Part shown: in pieces, positions 36,752 through 46,600 of the stretch
Numbering within the stretch: the stretch's first letter is position 1
Layout: every line of letters starts with the position of its first letter
Virus record (IMG/VR): IMGVR_UViG_3300033420_000009
Location: 1-49,687 of that record
DNA: 49,687 nt
Source: a virus
Taxonomy: Duplodnaviria; Caudoviricetes
Direction: 5' to 3' (one strand)
Translations under genes and position numbers: made by a program
Notes under the pieces: model-generated
The model's input: only the letters and a program-made list of their open reading frames with translations
What the model was told of the DNA's origin: nothing
Database searches by the model: none

Positions 36752-37054
36752 ATGCCAAGAATAATTTTAATGCCTAAAGACGCTCACGGACTTCCAGTTC
36801 CAATTATGTCCTTGAACGATTCTCACGATGTAGATGGAACTGCAGTATCAGCTCAGAGTAATGCTATTGATGGTCAGATAGCAAGGATATGCGCAGTAGG
36901 ATCTGATATTAGATTCTTATCTGGGGTTAATCCTACAGCAGTAGCAGTATCGAATTTCCTTGCTGCAAACTCAGAAATATGGATTCCTGTAAATGTTGGG
37001 GATAAAATAGCTGTTTTAGGTGGTATTGCAAATATAGCAACCGTAGGTGTTTAG
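36752..37054 (+). CDS. small beta-rich structural protein
   Basis: ORF in virion module. Confidence 0.6.
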   Translation: MPRIILMPKDAHGLPVPIMSLNDSHDVDGTAVSAQSNAIDGQIARICAVGSDIRFLSGVNPTAVAVSNFLAANSEIWIPVNVGDKIAVLGGIANIATVGV

Positions 37055-37079
37055 TAAACTTTGAGCAATACATAAAATT

Positions 37080-38192
37080 ATGACTATAGGAAAACTAGGA
37101 AAGTTGCACGTAGGTTTGCAGAATAGTGGCAGACAGAACTTGACTTTACTATCAATGTCAGATAAGATATTGTTTTATGGTAAAAATTCCGAAATAGCTG
37201 ATGGGAAGATGCCTAATATATTGGGAGATGATTGGTTGACCGTTACAGGTAGTGCAGGAAGTGAGACATTTCAATGTCCGAATACTGCTCCATATATAGC
37301 TGCCGATACGGATAACATTTGGTTTACTAGTATAGCAAATCAAAGAACAGTAACATTTTCAGAGGCGATAGGTTATGATTTTCAAAGAACAATTTTTAAA
37401 TATGATAGTTACGACCCGTTCCATATAAGAGAGATTGTAATATTAAAAGAAGATGCGATACTTACTAAACGTGCTATTAATATTTTAATGGCAACTATGG
37501 ATATAAATCCTTGGTGGTTGGGGGTATGGAATAATTATGGAAGTATTAAAGAAAATAGAGCATTCGAACAAACATTATGGATGAAAAAATCACTTCATGG
37601 TAGGCTATATAATTGGTATGCTATAGCTGAACTTGCACCTGCTGGTTGGCATGTTCCTAGTCAAACTGAAATTACTACTATGCGTACTTATTTAGGTGGT
37701 ATTAGTGTATCATTACCTAAAGTAAAAGAAGTTGGGTTAGAGTATTGGATAGATCCTAATACAGGAACTAATGAAAGTGGATTTACTGCTTTAGGTAGTG
37801 GGACTAGAAGTAGTAGTGATTTTGAAACATTAAAAGAAACTTTATTTTTATGGACAACTACTAATGGTACTATAGGCGGAACTAAAAAAGTATATAGTAT
37901 TTCTAGTTTATTTGTTTCTACAGACTATGCACCTACTGATGGTTGTTCCATACGTTTAGTTCGCGATAATCTTACTGGTTATGTTTCAGAAGAACAATTG
38001 ATTGATGATGACGGTAATATTTATGATACAGTTCAAATAGGTACTCAAGTTTGGTTAAAACAAAATTGGGCATGTACTAAGTTAGCAAATGGAACACCAA
38101 TACCTAATGTTACAGATAATACTGCTTGGACTCAATTAGTAACAGGTGCTTATTGTAATTATAATAATGATGAATCATATGTATTCCAATAA
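37080..38192 (+). CDS. protein with circularly permuted Fib_succ_major (FISUMP) domain
   Basis: GRLYNW, PAGWHVPS, NESGFTAL, SIRLVRD followed by DGNIYDTVQIGTQVW and YCNY. Confidence 0.8.
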   Translation: MTIGKLGKLHVGLQNSGRQNLTLLSMSDKILFYGKNSEIADGKMPNILGDDWLTVTGSAGSETFQCPNTAPYIAADTDNIWFTSIANQRTVTFSEAIGYDFQRTIFKYDSYDPFHIREIVILKEDAILTKRAINILMATMDINPWWLGVWNNYGSIKENRAFEQTLWMKKSLHGRLYNWYAIAELAPAGWHVPSQTEITTMRTYLGGISVSLPKVKEVGLEYWIDPNTGTNESGFTALGSGTRSSSDFETLKETLFLWTTTNGTIGGTKKVYSISSLFVSTDYAPTDGCSIRLVRDNLTGYVSEEQLIDDDGNIYDTVQIGTQVWLKQNWACTKLANGTPIPNVTDNTAWTQLVTGAYCNYNNDESYVFQ

Positions 38193-38207
38193 ATAATAAA
38201 ACAACAA

Positions 38208-39761
38208 ATGAAAAAACTAATTCTAACATTGTTCCTTATTCCATTAAGTTTGGGATTATTCAGTCAGGTATGGACTATAGGAATGACACCAGCTCAGACA
38301 AGAAGTGCTGTTAATGCAAAGTTTACTGCTATCATGGATAGCCTAGGAAGTCATTATAATGCACACACTCTTAATTATAATGGAATCAGGCTACTTAGCG
38401 ATTCCATTACTGTTCATCGAGGTAGATTAGATAATTTAACAGATAGTATTTCTGCTCATAGAGTTAGATTTACAACTATTGTTGGAGATGTATCCACAGA
38501 AATGTTATCTGATAGTTTGTCAACTAAACAGAATACTCTTGTTTCAGGTACGACAATTAAGACTATTAATACTCAATCTTTACTTGGTAGTGGAAATATT
38601 ACAATTACAGGAGGAACCGGTACATTTGATACTACCTATATTTATCAACAATTAAATAACGATATTCTATTACAACCGGGAGCTGGAATTACTCTTACAC
38701 CATCAGTAGGTGCTGTAACTATATCCGCCACAAACGCTTCAGTTGATAGTAGTATTTATATTACAGTAACAAATTTACGCAATCAAGTAAATATATTATT
38801 GGATTCATTATCTGCTCATAGGTATGAAATACAAGCGTTATGGGATTCTCTAGGAGTAACTCAACCAGCTCCACTTAATCAAGTTCCTTTTGCTTCTGCT
38901 GTAAATGTTACAGGCACTATGGAAGTAGGTAATTTGGCAACGGTAAACTATACGTATAATGATAATGAATTAGATGCTCAAGGAACTTCTACTTTTAGGT
39001 GGTTTAGAGCCAATACTTCAGATGGTTCAGGACAAACTGTAATAGCAGGTCAAACATCTAATACTTATACTCTAGCAGCTGGTGATAATACTAAGTATAT
39101 AGGGGCTGGTGTTACTCCTGTAGCTTTAACAGGAAATTCTCCCGGTGATGAAGTTATTGCATATAACAGCACTCAGATAACAAGCCCATCAGGACTATAT
39201 AGCGATAGTGTATTTATTAATTTTTCATCTCCAGCCAATTTTTATTATAGTTCTAATGATCCTTATGGTAGGACATGGGAAAATGCATATTTGACTGGAT
39301 ATAATGCTGATGATACTTTAAGCAACAATTGGATTATTAGAGCCACCAGCAGTACAGTAGGTAGTACTTTAAATTCTACAGGGTATTTATCACAAAGTTT
39401 AGTTCCTGATTCTGTAGCGATCACTGGATTAACTTACGGAGATGATAGTATTTCATATCATTTAATAGATTTTATAGGAGTTCCCACAGGTACATATGAT
39501 ATTAAAATATATAGTGCTTATTGGAATACCAATACAACAAGATCATTGGTTTCCACATTCAAAGTCATTAGTCCAACTTCATCGGATAGTGTAATAATTA
39601 ATTCCTACAATAATACAACAACATGGGCTACATTTAACAATACTGTTATATCTAGCAGCCCGTTTAAACTTTATGCTAAAGGTGGAAAGCGGACTGATGG
39701 TGTTTATTATAACGGAGATTGGCACATAAGAGGTATAATGTTTTATAGAAGACAAGAATAA
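38208..39761 (+). CDS. signal-peptide-bearing fibre-like protein with Ig-like domain
   Basis: MKKLILTLFLIPLSLGLFSQ; DS(L/I)xxH repeats; Y.YND.E.D..GTSTFRWFR...TYTL...VTPVA Ig-like module. Confidence 0.65.
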   Translation: MKKLILTLFLIPLSLGLFSQVWTIGMTPAQTRSAVNAKFTAIMDSLGSHYNAHTLNYNGIRLLSDSITVHRGRLDNLTDSISAHRVRFTTIVGDVSTEMLSDSLSTKQNTLVSGTTIKTINTQSLLGSGNITITGGTGTFDTTYIYQQLNNDILLQPGAGITLTPSVGAVTISATNASVDSSIYITVTNLRNQVNILLDSLSAHRYEIQALWDSLGVTQPAPLNQVPFASAVNVTGTMEVGNLATVNYTYNDNELDAQGTSTFRWFRANTSDGSGQTVIAGQTSNTYTLAAGDNTKYIGAGVTPVALTGNSPGDEVIAYNSTQITSPSGLYSDSVFINFSSPANFYYSSNDPYGRTWENAYLTGYNADDTLSNNWIIRATSSTVGSTLNSTGYLSQSLVPDSVAITGLTYGDDSISYHLIDFIGVPTGTYDIKIYSAYWNTNTTRSLVSTFKVISPTSSDSVIINSYNNTTTWATFNNTVISSSPFKLYAKGGKRTDGVYYNGDWHIRGIMFYRRQE

Positions 39762-39762
39762 T

Positions 39763-41136
39763 ATGAAAAAGACAACATTGTTAATAGCTGCAATATTTGT
39801 AAGTATTATTATATATTCGCAAATACCATCGGGTTTACCATCATGGATAACCAATGTGGTGTATATTGAAAACAATTCTCAACTTAATCGGTATCCAAGC
39901 ACTCCAACTAATAATACTGCTTATTTGTTTAGAGCTGGGCAAACCTTCAATATTAATTATATATTAAATAGTACCGCAACTGATTTTTATGTAGGTTCTA
40001 CCGATGTTTCAGGGGATAGTCTAGCTTATATAGTTTCAACCCTAGCCACTGATAATGGAAAGATATTTTCAGGGTCATCCTATAGAAATGCATGTTTTAA
40101 GAATTTAAGTCTTAGAGCAAGTTTTTATACTAGTGGTCTTAGTGATTTGAGTGGGGTTGTTCAAATAAGTCATAGAAATAAAAGAGTTACTAGTGAACTG
40201 GATTCCGATCTTTATATTGAAAATGTTCATATGTATGGCGGTTTATCAGGTATGAGGTGTGGTAGTTTTGGTGATGCAGTAGAGTTAAGAACAGATGTCC
40301 ATATTACTAATTCAACAGTAAGAAGGTGCTGGGGTGATAATATATATTTGGATTACTGTGATTCTGTTTTTATATATAATATTCGAACAGATAGCGTAAA
40401 TCTACTTACTTCTATTAACCCTGCATGGATTGGTGGAGATGCCTATCAACAAGAATATGCTGAATATGTTTCAATAAAAAACTCAGAATTCAGCCACGCT
40501 AGTCATTCTGGAAAATTTGCTTTTATAGCTAATGGAACAAAAGTAGTAGATGCTAGAAATAGTCGTTTTATAGGATGGACTCTTTCAGCAACTATTTATG
40601 GTGGCGGATTAGGTCCAACAGCCATAGATGAATGGAGTTTTAAAAATTGTATTATAGAAAATTCAGCTAAAGGTTTTTGGAAACATTCTGATTCTCTAGA
40701 TATTTATAATTGTGTATTTAAAGGTCTTACAGAATATGCATTTAATAATGTTACAAATTTTGATAGTATTACTATTATTAATTGCGATGAAGGGTTTTCA
40801 GGAACAATATCTACATCTAAAGTTATAAATAGGTGTATATTTGATAATGTTACTACTCCTGAAAATTCTAGTCATACTTTAGGTAATAATTACATTGGCA
40901 CTCCAACATATTTGGACGCTGTTTATAATACTACCCTACCATATGGAGCGCATATAGATATAAATAATTTTGGATATGATCCATCATTTACAGGACTTCC
41001 ACCTGATCCAGATCCAGATCCAGATCCAGATCCAGATCCAGATCCAGATCCAGTTTCGGTAAACCCTATACTTAAGTTTAGTGGAAGCAACTTACGTTAT
41101 ACTGGTAAAATCTTAAAATTTAATCTTAACCCTTAA
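39763..41136 (+). CDS. signal-peptide-bearing right-handed beta-helix protein
   Basis: repeated I.N...F / GD..Y beta-helix turns; C-terminal (DP)8 linker. Confidence 0.65.
   Translation: MKKTTLLIAAIFVSIIIYSQIPSGLPSWITNVVYIENNSQLNRYPSTPTNNTAYLFRAGQTFNINYILNSTATDFYVGSTDVSGDSLAYIVSTLATDNGKIFSGSSYRNACFKNLSLRASFYTSGLSDLSGVVQISHRNKRVTSELDSDLYIENVHMYGGLSGMRCGSFGDAVELRTDVHITNSTVRRCWGDNIYLDYCDSVFIYNIRTDSVNLLTSINPAWIGGDAYQQEYAEYVSIKNSEFSHASHSGKFAFIANGTKVVDARNSRFIGWTLSATIYGGGLGPTAIDEWSFKNCIIENSAKGFWKHSDSLDIYNCVFKGLTEYAFNNVTNFDSITIINCDEGFSGTISTSKVINRCIFDNVTTPENSSHTLGNNYIGTPTYLDAVYNTTLPYGAHIDINNFGYDPSFTGLPPDPDPDPDPDPDPDPDPVSVNPILKFSGSNLRYTGKILKFNLNP
41005..41052 (+). repeat. (GATCCA)8 microsatellite encoding (DP)8
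   Basis: direct reading. Confidence 0.95.
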
Positions 41137-41147
41137 CAATAAATATT

Positions 41148-41381
41148 ATGAAGACAAAAGACATATTTCAGTATTACTTAGCAGGATTAATCGTATTGGT
41201 ATTTTTCACGCTAATTTATATAGTGTTCAAATTTGCCTTGCCTGACACTAACAAAGAAATTGGTTATATGGTAATCGGGGCGTTAACAATGAAGTTTGGG
41301 GATGTGGTTGCGTATTTCTTTAATTCAACTAAAGGAAGTGCTGAAAAAACTGATATAATCAGTAAGCTACCTCCAATTTAG
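41148..41381 (+). CDS. putative holin-like two-TM protein
   Basis: two TMs; IGAL...F..VVAYFF.S..GS..K motif. Confidence 0.6.
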   Translation: MKTKDIFQYYLAGLIVLVFFTLIYIVFKFALPDTNKEIGYMVIGALTMKFGDVVAYFFNSTKGSAEKTDIISKLPPI

Positions 41382-41447
41382 CTTCATCTCAACTCGGAGC
41401 AACAAAATATAAAATATAAAACACACTCTCATTAAAAATAAATAAAA

Positions 41448-41822
41448 ATGTCTTCCCTACTCTATATCATCGTCATTTCCATATCAGTCGTTGGACTTGT
41501 GATTACCATCGCCAGTTTTTTAGTAAGTAAAATCTGGAGGGATTCTGAAAGTAACAATGCTAATATACGAAATTCTCTTCTTACTTTGAATGAGCAAACG
41601 AATTCCAGTAATGCAGAACTCTCCAAACAACTGATCTTACTTAGTAATGCTGTAACAGGACTTACTGTAACAGTTGGAGCTCAAGGTAAAGTGCATGATG
41701 ATTTTAAATTTAATTGTAATGAGCACAAATCAAATATATTTACAAGATTGAATGCTCACAGCGAGACTCTTAAAGAGCATGAGAAAGACATCACGATAAT
41801 AAAAACTAAGATTCAATTATAA
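41448..41822 (+). CDS. membrane-anchored coiled-coil protein
   Basis: N-terminal TM plus heptads. Confidence 0.6.
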   Translation: MSSLLYIIVISISVVGLVITIASFLVSKIWRDSESNNANIRNSLLTLNEQTNSSNAELSKQLILLSNAVTGLTVTVGAQGKVHDDFKFNCNEHKSNIFTRLNAHSETLKEHEKDITIIKTKIQL

Positions 41823-42466
41823 TGTCTACTTTAAAACAAATTGTATACAACATAGCTGATGCTCTCTATAAAGAGAAGGATCCACAATTTGTTGCCCGGG
41901 TACAATTTAATGTACTACATTATAGATCTATGTTTATTCGTAGAGATCTTCAGAAGAATGGGTTTTTTGCTCCTCACTTTATCCAGCGTATTGGTGGACT
42001 TGCAACCAAATCAATTGATCAATCGGAAGTTTATCAATTGGATATAGGAAAGAATGTTACTCGGAGCATTGAACCCATTCCTTCTGTAGTTAGATTGAAT
42101 AATCGTAGCGCTTTCTTCTACGTTGGTTCTGTTGACAAAATGGTATCTTATTCGTATATTGCACCCAGAGAAATTCCTTACATGAAGTACAACCAGTACA
42201 GTAAGCGAATGCCTCGGTACACTTACCTGAACGGGTATTTGTATTTCATAAATGTGAATCCGGAGAAGGTAACTGTTGAAGCAGCATTTCAAGATCCAAC
42301 ACAGTTAGCATCCTACCTTGATGATTCCGGACAGTTAGCATACACAGACGATTCTGAGTTCCCATTACCTGACGATATGATCGAAGGTATTACTCTTGGA
42401 TTGATTAGTGGTATATACAAAATGTTGGGCGATGGCGAAGCTAACGAAGTAAACATCAACGAATAA
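41822..42466 (+). CDS. tail ring protein (crAss-like)
   Basis: MSTLKQIVYNI, NGYLY, A.FQDP, D.EFPLP motifs. Confidence 0.7.
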   Translation: MSTLKQIVYNIADALYKEKDPQFVARVQFNVLHYRSMFIRRDLQKNGFFAPHFIQRIGGLATKSIDQSEVYQLDIGKNVTRSIEPIPSVVRLNNRSAFFYVGSVDKMVSYSYIAPREIPYMKYNQYSKRMPRYTYLNGYLYFINVNPEKVTVEAAFQDPTQLASYLDDSGQLAYTDDSEFPLPDDMIEGITLGLISGIYKMLGDGEANEVNINE

Positions 42467-42900
42467 TGGTAAACCACACAGCAGTAGACATGTATGAGTT
42501 CTATAAAAAGAACAACCCGGGAACTGAAGTAACTTACAATCAGTTCAAGTATATCTTAAGTGAGTATAACAAAAGAGCAGTAGCACACATTTTAAATGGT
42601 GAGACTCTCAATCTTGGAAATCGAATGGGAAGAATTCGGATCAGAAAAGTAGCGAGGAACTTCGATAAGCCAAGAATAGATTATAACGAAACAAAAAAGC
42701 TTAGAGCCAGAGGGCTTGATAAGACGGCGTACTTCACAGACGAGTTCTGGTTCAAATGGTATTGGGAGAAAAGACTTTGCCATATACCAAACAAGAGTGC
42801 TTATAAGTTTAGACCCACTGGTGGTGACGGCGGAAACAGAAAGAAACTGGTGAAGCTGCTCAGACAGGATGAGTTCGCTCAATTAAATTATAAAGTATGA
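42466..42900 (+). CDS. IHF-like protein of the crAss-like tail module
   Basis: LGNRMGRIRIRK, ID...T, F.WYW, YKFRP motifs; position. Confidence 0.7.
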   Translation: MVNHTAVDMYEFYKKNNPGTEVTYNQFKYILSEYNKRAVAHILNGETLNLGNRMGRIRIRKVARNFDKPRIDYNETKKLRARGLDKTAYFTDEFWFKWYWEKRLCHIPNKSAYKFRPTGGDGGNRKKLVKLLRQDEFAQLNYKV

Positions 42901-43655
42901 TAACCAATTACATTCCATCCAAAGCAATCATAGGTAAGATCTACAAGGATCTCAAACCGTCGTCTCCGGATTTTGAAGCTGATGCGATGGATTGGATTGG
43001 TGAAGCATTAGAGTTCATTGGCTATACTGGACCAGGAATGCCAAAGACCGTAGAACTCACAGTTAAAAACAATCGCGCAATTCTTCCGGGGTCTATACGA
43101 GAGATTCGTTCTGTATGGTACGAAGGAAGTAAGCTTGACCTTGGTAATGATATTCAGAAGCGTGGTAGCAATTACAATACCGATGTGTACGTTTCCAAAG
43201 CAGATAGTGTTCTGGATCCATCGATCAATAATGTAACTCGATACGGATATGCTAAAGTAGGTTCAGGAGCTTCAGGAGAGTATTATCTTCTTGCAGCAGG
43301 TTATGTACTCACTTCTTTCGAAAGTGGCACAATACAGCTTAAATACGTCTCTAATCCAGTCGACGAAGAAGGATATCCAATTGTACCGGATTCTCCTTAT
43401 TTCAAACAGGCATTGTTCTGGTATGTACTGCGCCAATTAGAAATGGGTGGGTTTAATCATCCACAGTTTAATTTCGCATATTGCGATCAACAATGGAAGC
43501 ATTACTGTATAGCATCCGGCAACGATGCTATGATGCCATCTCCTGCTATGATGAAACGATTTGGAGATTCTTGGGTATCATTCTTTACAGATAATGAATC
43601 AGAGAATGATGAGTTTTGGGATCTCGATTTAGATACTTCTCCTGATACTGCATAA
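42897..43655 (+). CDS. tail tubular/ring protein (P22 gp4-like)
   Basis: WIGEALEFIG, TSFESG.I.L.Y, DEEGYP.VPD, W..YC motifs. Confidence 0.75.
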   Translation: MITNYIPSKAIIGKIYKDLKPSSPDFEADAMDWIGEALEFIGYTGPGMPKTVELTVKNNRAILPGSIREIRSVWYEGSKLDLGNDIQKRGSNYNTDVYVSKADSVLDPSINNVTRYGYAKVGSGASGEYYLLAAGYVLTSFESGTIQLKYVSNPVDEEGYPIVPDSPYFKQALFWYVLRQLEMGGFNHPQFNFAYCDQQWKHYCIASGNDAMMPSPAMMKRFGDSWVSFFTDNESENDEFWDLDLDTSPDTA

Positions 43656-43656
43656 T

Positions 43657-46600
43657 ATGAAATTTGATAAAGGGATATACCGTGATTGTGCTCCTACTGA
43701 TCAACCGGCAGGATCATACAGACATGCAAATAACGTAGTATACAACCGGAAGAACGGAGCATATTCCACTGAAGGAGGAACCCAGAGTATATTATCTACT
43801 ATAGAAAACTCTGTCCCAATCGGATCGGCTCCTATCAGTGCTGATAAGCAAGTACTTTTCTATAAGAATACAGTAACCGGTATGTGCTACATCTCGGTAT
43901 TTACAGAACCTTCCACGATAACTGTAATACGATCTGCAGTTAGTCTTGGGTTTTCTACACAGTATCCTATAAAAGCAGTAGTAATTAAAAATCAGAAGGG
44001 AGAAGATATTGTTACCTGGGTGGATGGTAAGAATTCTCCTCGAATGCTTAACTTGAATAATCCCGGGTTTACAGATGGAGAGTTGGAACTTTATCCTTAT
44101 TTGGTAAATCTTTTCCCAAGTGGTAAGATGCCAATACTTGAATCTGTATCCATGCTCGAGGACAGTGGTAATGTTAGGACAGGTACTTATTACTTTACTG
44201 TTGCTTACGAACTCGATGGCGGTGGGATTTCTAATTACATGGCAATCTATAATCCGGTAGCTGTTTCGAAATACACTTATGCAGCTGGAATAGATGGTAT
44301 TGTAGGAAGTGATTCTGATTTGAACTCTTTAAAGAGTATCAAACTCTTATTTACAAACTTGGATAATCAATACTCTAAAATGCATCTTGCTGCTGTTAAA
44401 GTTATCGATGGTATAACTACAGCAACCAAGATAGGAGAATATCATATTCCTCCCAGTAAACAGTCTATGACTATTATATATACTGGAAATGAATTTGAAG
44501 AGGATGTACTGGTTGAGAGTTTACTCATCAACACAAGTTATTACTCCGGGGCTAAGGCAATATCGTATCACAATAGGAAATTGTATTTAGGAAATTTGTC
44601 AAAAGATCCTTTTATCGATTGGCAACACTATGCAAATCAGATAGGAGTTAAATGGAACTTCGATAAAACTGTTTCCGTAAATGGAGTAAAGGGTAGCTTT
44701 AAGGATAATGCTATCTCTTATAAGTTCAAAGGATTCATGCCAGATGAAGTCTATGCTTTCTATGGCGCATTCAGATTAAAAGATGGCGGACTGTCTACGG
44801 CGTTTCATATTCCTGGTCGTTCTGCTCTTACTGGAGATACAGATTTACTTCCGGCAGGTACCGATTATACTCAGGATAGAATAGTTTCTGCTAACGTAAA
44901 GAAATTCCAAACACGCAGTACTTCTTTAATAGATGGTACAATGGGTTATTGGGAAAATGAAGATGAGAAATATCCAGAAGACTTTCCAGACTTTAAGGGA
45001 CAGAACGTAAGACATCATAAATTTCCGGGTATTCCTGATTTACTATCATGGAGTAGAGAGTATATTACAGCTACATCCGACTCACCAGAAGTACAACCTG
45101 CTTTTGCAGGAGCAAGAACTTTGACTGTTGGTAGTTCCGGAGGATCTTCTCAAGGAAGATTTACTGTGCAATCAGCTCAGACATCTCCATTAACTTTCTC
45201 ATCCTTCAATACAACCACTAAGCAATTAGAGATAAACAATTCTGGCTACGTAGATATTGTTATGACCAATATCAGTTGTGACTCAACTACTCCTTCTCCC
45301 GGGCAAGCAGGATTCGAAATGAAGCTTGTTAAGATAAATACTCAGAATGTAACTACAGTAATACATGCTCAAGATCCTGTAAGTGTAGAAGAGAGAATAG
45401 AAGATATGCCGTTCATGGCTCCTATTGCTAATGCTTTCGATATATTTAGTAAGACTATACTACAGGTGCGTGTTGATCCTGGAGATCGATTTGAATTTGT
45501 TGGAACTGGGTATGGAGCATTACAAGTGTATAATGGATCAATATCTTTTACATTCTCTGAAGCTAAGAGTTTGACGGATTACATCGGAACTAAATTCGCG
45601 CATATGCTCGGAGTAGAATTTAGTAATGTTACTATACCAGACGAAATAAAAGATCTTGTTCAAGGACTCGAGATATTCTATGCTAAAAGAGGATTTGAAA
45701 ATTCCACCGTATTATCACAAGGAGTTATTTTAAATACTGTAACTAATAAGCCAGCAGCGCTTACTTGGGCTAATCCGGTTTGGTCTTTTGCACAAGGAAT
45801 GAGATTCTATTCTCCTGATCTTCTTGCTAATGAAGCTCCGCCGAGTATCAATCCAAATTATATAAAGATACAGAGTGAGGTATATCGATCAAGTGGAACT
45901 GCTAATGTACTTAAGAATGGATTTACGTTTGCTACTCCAGCTTCTGGAACATTAAGTGAGCAGATAATTCCTGTTGAATCTTACAAGTATGATCCACAGA
46001 CTCCTGATGATTACAGAGAGACAGCTCTTAGTCTTACTGTTAGTAAGACTTTTCAAGGAGCACCTGGAGCAGATCTCATATTTGCCAATCTTTGCGCATA
46101 CCGTAAAAACGTGTATGAGAAATTTTATGAGCAGGAACTCGTATCAACCGGGTTCATTATTCTTATAGAACAAGGAATCGCATCACTCCCAGAAGTTATT
46201 TTTGGGGGAGATGTGTACAACTCTGATTTTGGGTTCTTCACCAATTTCGATAATGGTACCCCTGCTACTCAATTACTATGGTCTTGTCCAATGTTCTCTG
46301 TGGTTAATGCATCTCTTCGTAAGAGAGGAGAAGAGTATGGACAGGTTATCTATCCTACTGATTACAATGGTATCGACGTATTGAATTTTGTAGGTACAGG
46401 TACTAAAACTCATATGGACAATTATATCTGGATCAATCCGGATATATGTAAACTTAATGATCTGAATCCTGCTTATGTCGATATTGATAGAGATTCCAAC
46501 TTAGAAAGATTTCCTACTCGAATTATAGAGTCGGATATCCAAACTAAAGAAGGAGATTCTATTTCAATTAGAAAGTTCAGCCCTCTGAACTATTATGAGA

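Noticed and set aside
41005-41052. phase-variation switch at (GATCCA)8
   Set aside because: A 6-nt unit keeps the frame, so only linker length would change.
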